Positions 41,902-53,010 of a stretch of 64,000 nucleotides of DNA are shown here, piece by piece. Numbering within the stretch: the first letter of the stretch is position 1; every line of letters starts with the position of its first letter. The notes beneath the pieces are model-generated. The model saw only the letters and a list, made by a program, of their open reading frames with translations. It ran no database searches and was not told the DNA's origin. Both the position numbers and the translations under genes were made by a program. The stretch is from Leptospira sp. (lineage in GTDB: Bacteria; Spirochaetota; Leptospiria; Leptospirales; Leptospiraceae), in assembly GCA_034439575.1 (NCBI GenBank), contig JAWXAQ010000007.1:1-64000 (forward strand), in the 5' to 3' direction.

Positions 41902-42861
41902 ATGGATAAATGTTTTCTTGACATTTCTTTAAGTGAAGCATGCGCGAAAAATTGCAAATCGTCTTTGCCTTTACTTACAACAAATGAAAAAGAAAAAATG
42001 CATTGTTTAGCTACCGAAAAGTTAAATTTATTTTTAGAAGAAAAAGTAACTTTTCGTGTGGGGATCTCGGCCTTTCACCAAGCACGCCCAGCATTACTTG
42101 AAGAATTTTTTTCAAAATCACAAGAGAACCGAGAGTTAATCACTTATTTTTTATATATCAATGATCCACCATTAGTTAAGGAGATCATAGAAAATTTTAC
42201 ACCGGCTACTCTTGCTATTTTATTTCGATCAGATTTTCAATCATATAAATCAATACTTGCTTCCACAAAAGATAGACGAAACAAATCTTTATTTAAAGTA
42301 AAGAGTTATAGATATTGGACTTATATAAATTTTCAAAAAATTTGTGATACGATAGCTTATTTTGTAAGAGTGAGCAAAGAACCCGAGTTAGCTTCTCAAT
42401 TTTTAGTTATATTGCCTTCTACTATAGTTTCAAATCTAAAAGATTATACTGGCTTCACACCCGAAGAAGAAAAAATATTATATCAAGCATTAGGTGATGC
42501 AATTTATGAACTGCCAATTCAATCACCAAAAATCTATGATCATATGCTGACCTTATTTGCCGATGATATGGAAATTTTTATGATTCTTTCCACTATGGAA
42601 GAATTGATCAAAAGACAGCAACAAATCCTAGATTTAACCGAAAAACTATTGATTTATACAGAAAAGAATCGAATCGATTTAAATATTCAATATATCTTTT
42701 CGGAACTCAATGGCATAGAATTGGGCACTGCATCAGAAATTTTGAACCAATTGTTAGAACGCCAAATCATCTCATTATCGCAAAGGGCTCTAATTTTAAA
42801 TTTCCTCGAAAACGGGAACCTTGATATATTAAAACCCTTAAAGATCGATTTACTTCGATGA
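41902..42861 (+). CDS. Hypothetical protein
   Basis: 319-aa ORF, helical, N-terminal Cys cluster. Confidence 0.7.
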   Translation: MDKCFLDISLSEACAKNCKSSLPLLTTNEKEKMHCLATEKLNLFLEEKVTFRVGISAFHQARPALLEEFFSKSQENRELITYFLYINDPPLVKEIIENFTPATLAILFRSDFQSYKSILASTKDRRNKSLFKVKSYRYWTYINFQKICDTIAYFVRVSKEPELASQFLVILPSTIVSNLKDYTGFTPEEEKILYQALGDAIYELPIQSPKIYDHMLTLFADDMEIFMILSTMEELIKRQQQILDLTEKLLIYTEKNRIDLNIQYIFSELNGIELGTASEILNQLLERQIISLSQRALILNFLENGNLDILKPLKIDLLR

Positions 42862-44097
42862 TGGGCCGTCTGCTATTTTGATCTTTGATGCTAGATAAAC
42901 ACTGAATAACAAACTAAATACGGCAAGCATCCCCACATATTCAAAATTCGTCAAACTTCCGTTTGATTCTTGAGTTAAAATTAAACCAGAAATAAAAGAT
43001 GCTGCACCAGAAGCAATCTGTTGTATTGAGGAATTTATAGACATGAAACTCCCGCGTATTTTTGGTTCAACTGTAGATGTCACCATTGCAAATGCTGGTA
43101 CCATTCGACCAGAAACGATAATCATAAATATAGTCGTTAAAATCAAAACTAAAGGCAGTGATGTTTTGCCAAGGCTTGCGATGATAGAAACTGGGATGAC
43201 GGAAAGTGTGGCTAACACGGCATATACGGGGTATTTTCCATAACGATCTGAAAGTTTTCCGATGATTCGACTTGTAAAAAAAGTAAACAATCCACCAAAA
43301 AAATAAATGTAGGGCAATTGTTCTTTGGTCAGACCTACATTAGAAACTAAATAGGGTGCCAAAAAAGGGATGATGGTAAATCCCCCAAACATTAGAGCAA
43401 TCATAAATGCAAAAGAATAATAATGTGACTTTCTTGTTAGTACAGTTTGTATCGCATCCCATTTTTTATCAGTATCTTCTCTTTGATCCAAATGAATTCT
43501 AATTTCAGGTAACACGCGATAGGCTATTGGTAAAAGCAGGAAACTTAAAATGGCCAAAGCTAAAAAAGGAAAATGCCATCCGTATAAATTTGCAAAATAT
43601 AAACCTACAGGTACTCCGATGACGGATGAAACAGAAAACGCAGACATCACGACACCAGTCGCAACTCCACGTCTAAAAATGGGAATGATGTCGCCAATGA
43701 TAGATAAAACAAGAGCCCCAATCATACCACCAAACCCACCTGCTATGATCCTAGCGATAAGAAAGGTATTATATGAAGGAGCAAAGGCACAAAGTAAGGT
43801 GCCGAGTGCAAAACCAAAATAAACAGTTAACAAGGCATACTTTCGATCAAAACGATCTAAAAAAAAGGCACCAATAAAACCGAAAATTCCAGCGCTAAAC
43901 GTATAGGCTGAAACTAAAAATCCAAACTCAGCTGATCCGATATGAAAGTTTTCCATAAAAACCGGCCCAAGTGGCATCATAATGACAAAATCTAAAATAT
44001 GTAAAAATTGCAAACAGGCGAGAATGAAAATGATGGCTCGTTCTTTTTTTACGGTATGGAGAGGGTGATGGTCATAATGATTTGAGACGTTTTCCAT
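42850..44097 (-). CDS. MFS transporter
   Basis: About 12 TM segments; DRFDRK and G.LSDRYGK motifs. Confidence 0.93.
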   Translation of the reverse strand: MENVSNHYDHHPLHTVKKERAIIFILACLQFLHILDFVIMMPLGPVFMENFHIGSAEFGFLVSAYTFSAGIFGFIGAFFLDRFDRKYALLTVYFGFALGTLLCAFAPSYNTFLIARIIAGGFGGMIGALVLSIIGDIIPIFRRGVATGVVMSAFSVSSVIGVPVGLYFANLYGWHFPFLALAILSFLLLPIAYRVLPEIRIHLDQREDTDKKWDAIQTVLTRKSHYYSFAFMIALMFGGFTIIPFLAPYLVSNVGLTKEQLPYIYFFGGLFTFFTSRIIGKLSDRYGKYPVYAVLATLSVIPVSIIASLGKTSLPLVLILTTIFMIIVSGRMVPAFAMVTSTVEPKIRGSFMSINSSIQQIASGAASFISGLILTQESNGSLTNFEYVGMLAVFSLLFSVYLASKIKIADGPSSK

Positions 44098-44189
44098 TCT
44101 GCCATTCTTGACTGACTGGTCAAAAAAGAATCAAAAAATCAAATCAATATAGATTTTCGTAATCCAATTCTAATCGTATCATTGTAAAT

Positions 44190-45389
44190 ATGTCCGATTT
44201 TCATTTTTCCAAACGATTCCAAGATATAGAATTAGGAGAGGAAGAAAATGAACTTTCAAAAATCAAAAATGAAAAATTAGAAAAGAATATAACAGTTCTT
44301 AATTTGATCGAAACCAATCCCACATTGACAGGTCTAGAATTTCCAAATCATATTTATTCGCATAACTTTAATCATCCATCAATAACAAAGTATGAACCAA
44401 ATCCCAAAGGACTTATAACAGCGAGATCTTCCATTTCTGAATACTATGCTCATCTCAAAATTAAAATAGATTCTGAATCTCTGATACTCACTTCAAGTAC
44501 TTCCGAAGCTTTTTCTTACGTATTAAAACTATTAACAAATCCCGACGATGAGATTCTGATTCCAAGCCCAGGCTATCCTTTGTTTTCATATCTAGCACTA
44601 TTTGAAAATGTAAGAACCATTGAATATCCATTAGTTGAAACAGTAGAAGGATCATGGGAATACTCATTAGAAAAAATAAAATCTTTGGTTTCCACAAAAA
44701 CAAAACTGATTATCATTGTTTCACCATCAAATCCCACAGGTTCTATGATTTCGCAAGATGAATGGGAAAAAATATTAGAGTGGTCTTACCAATCCAATAT
44801 CCCGCTTCTTATTGATGAAGTTTTTTCACCATACATTTATGATTCTAATGAAATTCATTTAGCTTATCCAACTTCAAATACGGCACCTGTATTTGTGTTA
44901 AATGGTATATCGAAATTTTTGGCCTTACCACAAATGAAACTTGGCTGGATTCATGTGCAAGGGAAGGAAAAGTTTGTAAAGGAGGCTTTATCTGGCTTGG
45001 AATTAATTTCTGATACTTACCTTTCCGTCAATACTCCGATTCAAATCATCTTACCAGAACTATTAAAATGGACTTCTATGATCCAAGGACAAATCAAAAA
45101 ACGAATACAAAGAAATCTTAATTATGGAAAAGAATTGTTTTTACAAAACAAAACCATAGTTTGGCGAAATGGAAAAGGTGGATGGTATGCTTGGATAGAA
45201 TTATTAGAGCCAAAATATGATTCATCTTATTCTCTCGCCAAATCATTATTAAGCAATCATGATATATTTGTTCATCCTGGAGAATGGTATGGATTTTCAG
45301 AGAAAAGAAATATCATACTTTTAAGTTTAATTGTTTCAGAAGATCAATTTTTTGCAGGATTAAATGTGCTAATGTCTCTTCTCAAATAA
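44190..45389 (+). CDS. PLP-dependent aminotransferase class I/II
   Basis: P.PGYP, PSNPTG, DEVF, GISK. Confidence 0.9.
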   Translation: MSDFHFSKRFQDIELGEEENELSKIKNEKLEKNITVLNLIETNPTLTGLEFPNHIYSHNFNHPSITKYEPNPKGLITARSSISEYYAHLKIKIDSESLILTSSTSEAFSYVLKLLTNPDDEILIPSPGYPLFSYLALFENVRTIEYPLVETVEGSWEYSLEKIKSLVSTKTKLIIIVSPSNPTGSMISQDEWEKILEWSYQSNIPLLIDEVFSPYIYDSNEIHLAYPTSNTAPVFVLNGISKFLALPQMKLGWIHVQGKEKFVKEALSGLELISDTYLSVNTPIQIILPELLKWTSMIQGQIKKRIQRNLNYGKELFLQNKTIVWRNGKGGWYAWIELLEPKYDSSYSLAKSLLSNHDIFVHPGEWYGFSEKRNIILLSLIVSEDQFFAGLNVLMSLLK

Positions 45390-46339
45390 TCCAAAATCTC
45401 AGACTTTCTATCTTCTGTGTCTTTTTTGCCCAGTTCATATGTATCTCTGACGCCAACTGGATTTGTATAATCAAAAGAAGAAATGGGCAGTTTCTTTGAC
45501 GGTTTTATCAAAAAAGATCGTTTCAAAAGTTCAGGATCTTTTCCAACAATCGTCGATGGTTCATAATAAATGCCGATGATTTTAGCGTTAGGTGAAAATT
45601 TTTCTATCACTAAATTATTTGTCAATCCACCGTCTAAATAATATTCATTATTCACTGATTGAAAGTCTACTATCGGTGGTATGGATGAAGAATTTAAAAT
45701 AAATTGTTCAATGTTTTCGGAATTCGTAAAATCTTTTTCAGTAAAATCTACTTCTTCCATATTCCATTTTTTTAATATTTCGCTCATTCGGTTCGCAGGT
45801 GTACCTTCTGAACGATCCCTGTCATCTTGGATAAAGGCTCTGCCTGTTTCACTAATGAGTCTCGCCAAACGAAACTTATTCGTAAGAGAATTCTCTTTGG
45901 GATGAGCTCTGACAGTATGAATGATAACCTTAGCACCAGAAGAAAGAATTTTATCAAAACGCATTCCAAATCGAATGCCACGCCTATACATTTCTTCATG
46001 AGGAAACGTTCTTTCGCCTCTTAGCAAGTTAGAAAAATGAAAATTACTAGAATTGCGTTTTGTAATTTCCTCAAAATATTCTACTGTTTCGTCTTCACTT
46101 TCAGACAAGACTGCCATCGCCATTGCCGCTCCTGCAGAAACACCTGAGACTTCATTGAAACGAACTCCCCATTCTCGCAATACCCGACCAACACCTAACG
46201 CATAAAAGGCTTTACAACCACCACCAGCGAGTGCCAAAGAAACTTCAAAGACCGGAATGAATTTATTTAATGTTTGAAAAAATTGGTCTTTAACTTCATT
46301 TAAATTTTTGATGTCTAATCCTCTTCCCAACGGAAGCAT
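45344..46339 (-). CDS. Patatin-like phospholipase
   Basis: GGGCK, GVSAG, DGG. Confidence 0.9.
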   Translation of the reverse strand: MLPLGRGLDIKNLNEVKDQFFQTLNKFIPVFEVSLALAGGGCKAFYALGVGRVLREWGVRFNEVSGVSAGAAMAMAVLSESEDETVEYFEEITKRNSSNFHFSNLLRGERTFPHEEMYRRGIRFGMRFDKILSSGAKVIIHTVRAHPKENSLTNKFRLARLISETGRAFIQDDRDRSEGTPANRMSEILKKWNMEEVDFTEKDFTNSENIEQFILNSSSIPPIVDFQSVNNEYYLDGGLTNNLVIEKFSPNAKIIGIYYEPSTIVGKDPELLKRSFLIKPSKKLPISSFDYTNPVGVRDTYELGKKDTEDRKSEILDYLRRDISTFNPAKN

Positions 46340-46614
46340 AATGTATTATTCTCCCCAAGAAATCTATCAAAGTAAAGACTGCTTCGACAGGCCTTTTCAG
46401 TCGATAAAAAGAAATCATAGCCACCTGCTGGATATTTGATTTTACAACATCCTTTTTTATCTTTTCTATCTGCTGGTTGCCGAACGGACTTATCCTGTCC
46501 TTGCAAATCGGTAACAGTGGGTGGTAACTCAGACTGAGAAAACAAAAATGTGCCCGTACATATGATGATAAAAGTAATAGATAAAGTCAATACGCGGCGA
46601 ACATTTTGCATCAT
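46315..46614 (-). CDS. Small exported Cys-containing hypothetical protein
   Basis: Signal peptide; KGCC...C...C; overlaps patatin start; start approximate. Confidence 0.6.
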   Translation of the reverse strand: MMQNVRRVLTLSITFIIICTGTFLFSQSELPPTVTDLQGQDKSVRQPADRKDKKGCCKIKYPAGGYDFFLSTEKACRSSLYFDRFLGENNTLCFRWEED

Positions 46615-46747
46615 ACTATATAGACGGCAAAATTTCATTGGAATGTGTATAATTTTTTGATTTCTGGAACAGTCGCTCTCTAGAATTTTCTTTACTTACT
46701 ATAAAAATCCTATCTGGTTAAAAGCGCATGTCGGCAGGTAAAGCATA

Positions 46748-47704
46748 ATGGAAAACAAACGATTTCTATATCATGGAACAGGACAAGATCTCTTCGTTAT
46801 TTTTTTAAAAAATATTTTTCTGACTATTGTTACACTGGGAATCTATACTTTTTGGGCTAGAACAAATGTTCAAAAATACAACACCTCTCAAATGGAATGG
46901 GGAGGAGAAAGATTTTCCTTTCATGGAACTGGAAAAGAAAGATTTATTGGATTCTTAAAAGCCCTTGTGCTCATCGTTATTGCCTTTATTATTATATTTG
47001 CAATTGGCAAAGTATTGGCATTCCTTCCCAATCCTTATTTAATTCTCGTTATCAATAATATCATTACACTTAGTTTATTACTCGGCATCATACCATTCAT
47101 TGTAGTTGGAAATCGTAGATTTATGACTTCGCGCACTGGGTACAGAAATTTACGATTTGGTTTTGACGGAAAGGTGAAAGAAGTCGCTATTATTTATTTT
47201 AAAGGGATATTCTTAAGTATCATAACACTTGGGATCTATTATCCATGGTTTTTTGCTGAAAAAGAATCTTATTTGGTCAGCCAAAGCAGATACGGAAATG
47301 TAAATATCGGAATGAAACTCGAAGGAAAAGAATTGTTCTTCATTTATCTGAAAGGAATATTTTTATCCATAATCACCTTAGGGATCTATGTTCCTTGGTT
47401 CATGGCAGAAAAACAAAACTACATTTGGAATCATACATCCTTTCAAGGTCATAATTTTACTTCCGATATCACTGGCTTACAAATATTAGGTTATTCAGTA
47501 TTAGCTTATATTCTAATATTTTTTACTTTCGGAATTGGATTTGCTTGGGCTATCGCTTATATGACAAAACTTTTTACAGAGACAATTAGTTTGGAAGCGG
47601 AAATAGACTTCAGTGAAATAATTGCAAAAACAGATATGGGAGCATCAGCAACTTCAGAAGGTTTAGAATCAATTTCCAATGCTCTCGAATCATTTCTTGG
47701 TTAA
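46748..47704 (+). CDS. YjgN/DUF898 membrane protein
   Basis: Repeated L.I.TLGIY.PW units; F.G.G.E. Confidence 0.92.
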   Translation: MENKRFLYHGTGQDLFVIFLKNIFLTIVTLGIYTFWARTNVQKYNTSQMEWGGERFSFHGTGKERFIGFLKALVLIVIAFIIIFAIGKVLAFLPNPYLILVINNIITLSLLLGIIPFIVVGNRRFMTSRTGYRNLRFGFDGKVKEVAIIYFKGIFLSIITLGIYYPWFFAEKESYLVSQSRYGNVNIGMKLEGKELFFIYLKGIFLSIITLGIYVPWFMAEKQNYIWNHTSFQGHNFTSDITGLQILGYSVLAYILIFFTFGIGFAWAIAYMTKLFTETISLEAEIDFSEIIAKTDMGASATSEGLESISNALESFLG

Positions 47705-47707
47705 TAG

Positions 47708-48895
47708 ATGATTTTTGGCAAAGATTATAATGCTCGTTATTTCAATGGAATATCAGCTATACCGATTTCTGGTTCCGTCCAATTCCATCAAACGAGCATT
47801 ATATTTATTCAAAATTCTATAATAGAAACTTTTTCAATAGATCATTTTCATGACCTAGAAATATTCGATAATGGTGTTAAATTAACTTTTCATACAGATG
47901 AAAACAAAGAAAGCCCAGTCTTAGAGATTATTTGTCAAAAGCATGAAAGCAAAGAAATAGAAAGAAAATGGTTAGAAAACAAAAAAGGAAAAGGTTTATT
48001 TGAATCTTTTAATTTACGAATTCGCCAATTAAATCCTTTGATCTTTATCTCCATCTGTTTAAGTTTTCTATTGCTATTCGGAATAGGCTACTTTTACACC
48101 TTACAGACATTATATGTATTTTTCCCGACTTCAATAGATGAAAAAATGGGTGAGAAATTTAAAGCCCAAATAGAAAAAACTTTTCCAGTATGCAAATCAA
48201 AAGAAGCAGAACAATTTTTTGAAAAGGCCATTGCTAAATTACGTCCCAAAAAATCTCCATTCAAATATAAAGTATCTATTATCAATTTACCAGAGGAGAA
48301 TGCTATATCCATTGCTGGAGGAAATATCTATTTTTTCTCTGAACTTTTAAAAAATAGCAGTAACCAAGAAGAAATTATAGGAGTATTGGCACATGAAATC
48401 GCACATATTGAAAGAAGGCATCACCTACGTAGTGTTATAAAATCGCTAGGTGTGAGCGCAGGCATCGCTCTTTTGGTTGGTCCCGGACTCGGAGATTTTG
48501 AAACAATAGAGACCATTGCTGAACTTGCAAGTACAGTCGCCGTTTTAAAATACTCTCGTGACTTTGAAAATGAAGCGGACACATACTCACATGAGTATCT
48601 GGTTAAAAACAATATTTCCACTAAAGGCATGTTAACTTTTTTAAAACGAGTTCGCAAAAAAGAATTGGAACTCACTCCCAATCAAATGGAAAACAAGATT
48701 CAGAAAGATGATATAAGCAAAACCAATTATCAAATCACTGATTCCATTATAAATTTATTGAGTAGTCATCCTCCAACGGAGGATAGAATCAGAAATATTG
48801 AATCTTTGGAGAAAAATAAAAATAATCAAAAAATGAATCAATTAGTTTCTAAAGAAGAATGGATTCGCATATCAAAGGCTTGCACTTTAAATTGA
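47708..48895 (+). CDS. M48 family metallopeptidase
   Basis: ENA...GG, HEIAH, YSR..E.EAD, SHP...RI; usual partner of YjgN. Confidence 0.92.
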   Translation: MIFGKDYNARYFNGISAIPISGSVQFHQTSIIFIQNSIIETFSIDHFHDLEIFDNGVKLTFHTDENKESPVLEIICQKHESKEIERKWLENKKGKGLFESFNLRIRQLNPLIFISICLSFLLLFGIGYFYTLQTLYVFFPTSIDEKMGEKFKAQIEKTFPVCKSKEAEQFFEKAIAKLRPKKSPFKYKVSIINLPEENAISIAGGNIYFFSELLKNSSNQEEIIGVLAHEIAHIERRHHLRSVIKSLGVSAGIALLVGPGLGDFETIETIAELASTVAVLKYSRDFENEADTYSHEYLVKNNISTKGMLTFLKRVRKKELELTPNQMENKIQKDDISKTNYQITDSIINLLSSHPPTEDRIRNIESLEKNKNNQKMNQLVSKEEWIRISKACTLN

Positions 48896-49792
48896 TTTTA
48901 TATTTACAATCGATTCAAAAATTTCCTTAAGTGTTTCATCAATAGTAAGTTTTGGAGACCATCCGAGAGCTGACAATTTAGTATTGTCTCCAAAAAGACG
49001 ACTGGTTTCAGCTTTTCTAATTCTTGCTTCATCAATACGATATTCGATATTAACATTCGCAAATTTTAAAAGTTTGTCTGCCATTGCTCGTATGCTTATT
49101 TCTTTGCCTGAACAAATATTATATATTTCTCCAGAAACCCCTTTTTCAATTAACAATAAATAGGCGGATGCGACATCCTTTACATTTAAAAAATCTCTGC
49201 TCGGACTTAAATCACCAACACTTATATACTGTAACTTTTGTTCTATGGCTTCAAGTATTTGATGACAAAAATTGGGAATAACAAATTCTTTTCTCTGCCC
49301 AACTCCTATATGGTTGAAAGGCCTTGCAAGGACGATATTTAGATTTGAATCATATGTCGCGTATTGCCTGCAATAGGATTCAGCAGCAAGTTTACTACCT
49401 GAATATGGATTCATGGGATTTGGATGCAGGTCCTCGCGAAAAGGTACCTGATTTGTATCCTGGCGTCCATATACATCCGCCGAGGAAACATACACCATTC
49501 TTACGGGTTTTTGCAATCGGTGTAGATTTTCGAGTAAATTTAGGGTACCTAATACATTCACACTTTCAGTTTCCCAAGGATCTTCGATTGCTTTGGGAAC
49601 GAAAGCCTGAGCTGCCAAATGATAAACTCGTTCAGGCACAAATTCTTTGATTAAACTACCCAGGACCAATTTGTCTCGAATGTCAGATTTCAGAACCTGA
49701 ATGTCGTAATTCCCCACTTCGTTCAATAGCGAGATGAGATAATTTCCGACGAATCCGGTCCCACCAGTGATTAAAGTTCTTATTTTTGTCAT
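48887..49792 (-). CDS. GDP-sugar epimerase/reductase (Rmd/Gmd-like extended SDR)
   Basis: TGGTGFVG, HLAAQA, SSADVYG, PYSGSK, RPFNHIG..Q. Confidence 0.85.
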   Translation of the reverse strand: MTKIRTLITGGTGFVGNYLISLLNEVGNYDIQVLKSDIRDKLVLGSLIKEFVPERVYHLAAQAFVPKAIEDPWETESVNVLGTLNLLENLHRLQKPVRMVYVSSADVYGRQDTNQVPFREDLHPNPMNPYSGSKLAAESYCRQYATYDSNLNIVLARPFNHIGVGQRKEFVIPNFCHQILEAIEQKLQYISVGDLSPSRDFLNVKDVASAYLLLIEKGVSGEIYNICSGKEISIRAMADKLLKFANVNIEYRIDEARIRKAETSRLFGDNTKLSALGWSPKLTIDETLKEIFESIVNIKSI

Positions 49793-49877
49793 AAAACGGG
49801 AATTTTCCTGAATGATTTTAAGATTTTCTTGCCATCATCTCAAATTTTCAAATCCTCTCAACAAAAGAAAGAAATCT

Positions 49878-50903
49878 GTGGAGAACGAACCAATTATAGA
49901 ACCAAGTCCTTTTGTGGAAATTCGCGATTCTGAGATTAACGTCAAAGAAATCGTGCGAGAAATTGAATCTAAAATTCCTCTGCCACCACCAACTCCTGCA
50001 GAATGGGAACGTATCAAGAAGATGCAGTTCCAACCAGAATCTCCAGAAGGTTATCGAAAATTCGATCCAGCAAACACGGCTTTTTTATTTGAAAAGGGTA
50101 TTTCTACTCCAAAATTCACTAACCCAAAATTATGGTTCATTAAAGGACCCATCAAATTTCTTTTTACACGTTTTATAGAATTTTATAGTCTTGTTGATAA
50201 AAAATTATCAGAAAATAGAATCAAAGCATTTTTTTCCGTATTACACGAGTTAATAAGATTAAGTAAACGCATACAGAATCTTGAGTCTAAGTTAGAAAGT
50301 TATTACTCAAAATATTTACTAAGATCTGAAATTAATCAGGACTTTAACCAAATAGATTTTGGTTGGTCAACATTTCAATATTTTGATCAAGCAGGTCAGT
50401 TAAACTTCTGGGAATCGGCCATTGTAGATTTGAAAAAACAAAATGAAATCTGTATTTTATTTCCATCATGGGGTTACCTTTTAAAAGAACTTACTATCGC
50501 AGGCGTAAAATTTCAAGCATATAGCAATATTGATTCAGAAATTTCATTTATAAAATCAAAAATCTCGTCTAACATAGAGAAAATTAAAAGTTTATTTCCA
50601 TTTTCTAATTTTCTAAAAGAAAATTCTAATGTTGTAATATTTATTCCTTTAAATCGGTTTCCATCATTTTTATTAGAAAAAATATTCGCAGAACTCTCTC
50701 TTTCTATGAAATCGGGAAACCATTTGTATTTTTCTATCCAAAATGAAACTGCTTCTGGTGTTTCTCCATTTCAAGATATTGATGTAACAAAAATAAATGT
50801 AAACATTTTACCTTCCTACTTAAAATCGCAAGGTTTCGAATCAGAAAGGAACCTATCAAAAATCAACTCGATTCAAATTTACCGTTATACAAAAAATACA
50901 TAA
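49878..50903 (+). CDS. Hypothetical protein with a coiled coil, first gene of a glycosyltransferase operon
   Basis: EI.D.EINV.EI..EI N-terminus; coiled coil LIRLSKRIQNLESKLE; GTG start 49878 inferred. Confidence 0.65.
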   Translation: MENEPIIEPSPFVEIRDSEINVKEIVREIESKIPLPPPTPAEWERIKKMQFQPESPEGYRKFDPANTAFLFEKGISTPKFTNPKLWFIKGPIKFLFTRFIEFYSLVDKKLSENRIKAFFSVLHELIRLSKRIQNLESKLESYYSKYLLRSEINQDFNQIDFGWSTFQYFDQAGQLNFWESAIVDLKKQNEICILFPSWGYLLKELTIAGVKFQAYSNIDSEISFIKSKISSNIEKIKSLFPFSNFLKENSNVVIFIPLNRFPSFLLEKIFAELSLSMKSGNHLYFSIQNETASGVSPFQDIDVTKINVNILPSYLKSQGFESERNLSKINSIQIYRYTKNT

Positions 50904-51964
50904 TGAGAATTTTTCAACACTTAGATGAGCTAAAAGACTCAGATGGTGTAGGCAATGATGCAATCGGGATGCATACAATATTTAATTCTCTCGGTTGGGA
51001 TTCAAATTTCATAACGAGAATTCCACGCAGAGGGAACAACCTAGCGAATGCTAATTTTTATACTCTATCAGATTCTATTAAAATGAATACCAATGATATT
51101 CATATCCTTCATTATGGAGGCCAAGGTTATCCCATTTCAAATTTTATAAACCTAGCTGGAAAAAAAATTTTTAGATTTCATAACATCACTCCAGCAGATT
51201 ATTATAAAAATACCACAACTCCGGAAATATATGCTTCGATGTTCCGCTTTGAATCTCTTTCTTATTTAGAAATTGCTACGCTATCTATTGTCTCGGATGC
51301 GGCTTGGTGTGATTCTCCTTTCAATGCATATACTCTCCAATCATTTAATTTTAAGAAAACTGAAATTTTACCAATTTGTAAAAAATACAATATTTCTTCA
51401 AAAGTTGCAGCTAAAGATAAACAAAATAACATCTGCTTTGTGGGAAGATTTGCACCTCAAAAAAAATGGGAAGACCTCATAACTTTTTTTAAACTATGGA
51501 AGTCAAAACATCCGAATTCAAAATTGTATTGTATCGGATCTATAATAGGTGCCTTCGATGGATACTTTCATCGACTTACAAGCATTACAAAATCATTAGG
51601 TTTGGAAGGTGATGTTATTTTTATGATTGGATTATCTGACGAGCAAGTTTTAGAAAAAATGTCTGAATGCAATGCTATGATTTCGATGAGCGAACACGAA
51701 GGATTTTGTGTTCCTCTGCTGGAAGCCTTCGGCGTCGGATTACCAGTCTTTGCCTATGATGCAGGAGCGATAAAAACTACTTTAGCAGGAGCTGGTTACA
51801 TTTTTTCTGAGAAAAATGATCCATCTTTACTTTCGAATATAGAAAGTATTCTTTTCGACGAGCACAAAAAACAAAAAATGATTCTCAAACAAAAACAAGT
51901 GCTTACTAACTATAATAACATTGTTTGGACAAAAATTATTCCTATGTTGATTAGCGAATTATGA
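50903..51964 (+). CDS. Glycosyltransferase family 4
   Basis: FHNITP, FVGR.AP.K, SEHEGFCVPLLEA. Confidence 0.92.
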   Translation: MRIFQHLDELKDSDGVGNDAIGMHTIFNSLGWDSNFITRIPRRGNNLANANFYTLSDSIKMNTNDIHILHYGGQGYPISNFINLAGKKIFRFHNITPADYYKNTTTPEIYASMFRFESLSYLEIATLSIVSDAAWCDSPFNAYTLQSFNFKKTEILPICKKYNISSKVAAKDKQNNICFVGRFAPQKKWEDLITFFKLWKSKHPNSKLYCIGSIIGAFDGYFHRLTSITKSLGLEGDVIFMIGLSDEQVLEKMSECNAMISMSEHEGFCVPLLEAFGVGLPVFAYDAGAIKTTLAGAGYIFSEKNDPSLLSNIESILFDEHKKQKMILKQKQVLTNYNNIVWTKIIPMLISEL

Positions 51965-53010
51965 AAACGAATCGTAGAATTTTTCAATTTTCCGCAGGTT
52001 TTCAATTAGGCGATGCAATTTCTCAAGAAATGCTCGAATTAAAAAATAAATTTAATGCCTTTGGATTTGAGAATCATATTTATTCTGAAAACATCAATAA
52101 ACCAGATAGGTCTATCGCGATCAAGTATACAAAAGCAAAAATCAAGCCAGATGATATTTTAATTTATCATCATTCGATTCATACAGAAGTACTTCCCTAT
52201 ATACTGAAATACCAAAATATAAAAATACTAATTTATCATAATGTAACGCCTGCGCATTTTTTTGAACCATACGACTTAAAATTTACTTATCTTCTTTCAG
52301 AAGGAACAAAAGATCTACAAATCATTAAAGAAACATTTAATCATTTTTTTGCCGTATCAAATTTTAACCGACAAGAATTATTACAAAATCAATTTGACCA
52401 GGTCCACTTACTCCCACTCAGTTTAAATTTTTCCAAATGGAAAGCTAATCTTACGCCCCTAACAAAGGCAAATCGCTTACAATTTTTATTTGTCGGCAGG
52501 ATTGCACCAAACAAACGGCAAGATGATTTAATAAGATTTGCAAAACTTTGGAAGGAAAAAACGAATATCCCGTTTAAGTTTAAACTTGTAGGATTTTGTA
52601 ATCCCAACCAACAAACATACCTTGATGAACTTGAATTTATGATCAAGACATACGAATTGACTGAAGAAGTTCAGATTGTTTCGCATGTTGACCTATCTTT
52701 ATTATCACAATACTATCAAGAAAGTCATTATTTTATCTCAATGAGTGAACATGAAGGATTTTGTGTACCTCTAATGGAAGCTATGCAATTTAATCTCCCG
52801 GTCATCGCCTATGATGCTGGAGCCGTATCAGAAACATTAGGTGGAAGCGGTGTATTATTTAAAAATAAAAATTTTTTAGATATCGTAGATATAATTTTAG
52901 AATTAGAATCTTCATTGGACAAAAAGAACTTACTTATCAAAAATCAGTTACAACGAATTGAAACTTATTTAAAATCATCATCGATTCAAAAATTAATTGA
53001 GATACTTTGA
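51961..53010 (+). CDS. Glycosyltransferase family 4
   Basis: YHNVTP, FVGRIAPNK, SEHEGFCVPLMEA. Confidence 0.92.
   Translation: MKTNRRIFQFSAGFQLGDAISQEMLELKNKFNAFGFENHIYSENINKPDRSIAIKYTKAKIKPDDILIYHHSIHTEVLPYILKYQNIKILIYHNVTPAHFFEPYDLKFTYLLSEGTKDLQIIKETFNHFFAVSNFNRQELLQNQFDQVHLLPLSLNFSKWKANLTPLTKANRLQFLFVGRIAPNKRQDDLIRFAKLWKEKTNIPFKFKLVGFCNPNQQTYLDELEFMIKTYELTEEVQIVSHVDLSLLSQYYQESHYFISMSEHEGFCVPLMEAMQFNLPVIAYDAGAVSETLGGSGVLFKNKNFLDIVDIILELESSLDKKNLLIKNQLQRIETYLKSSSIQKLIEIL

Noticed and set aside
46748..47704. Internal nucleotide repeats in the YjgN gene (GGGATCTAT...CC.TGGTT)
   Set aside because: Explained by the known repeated TLGIY.PW protein units of DUF898
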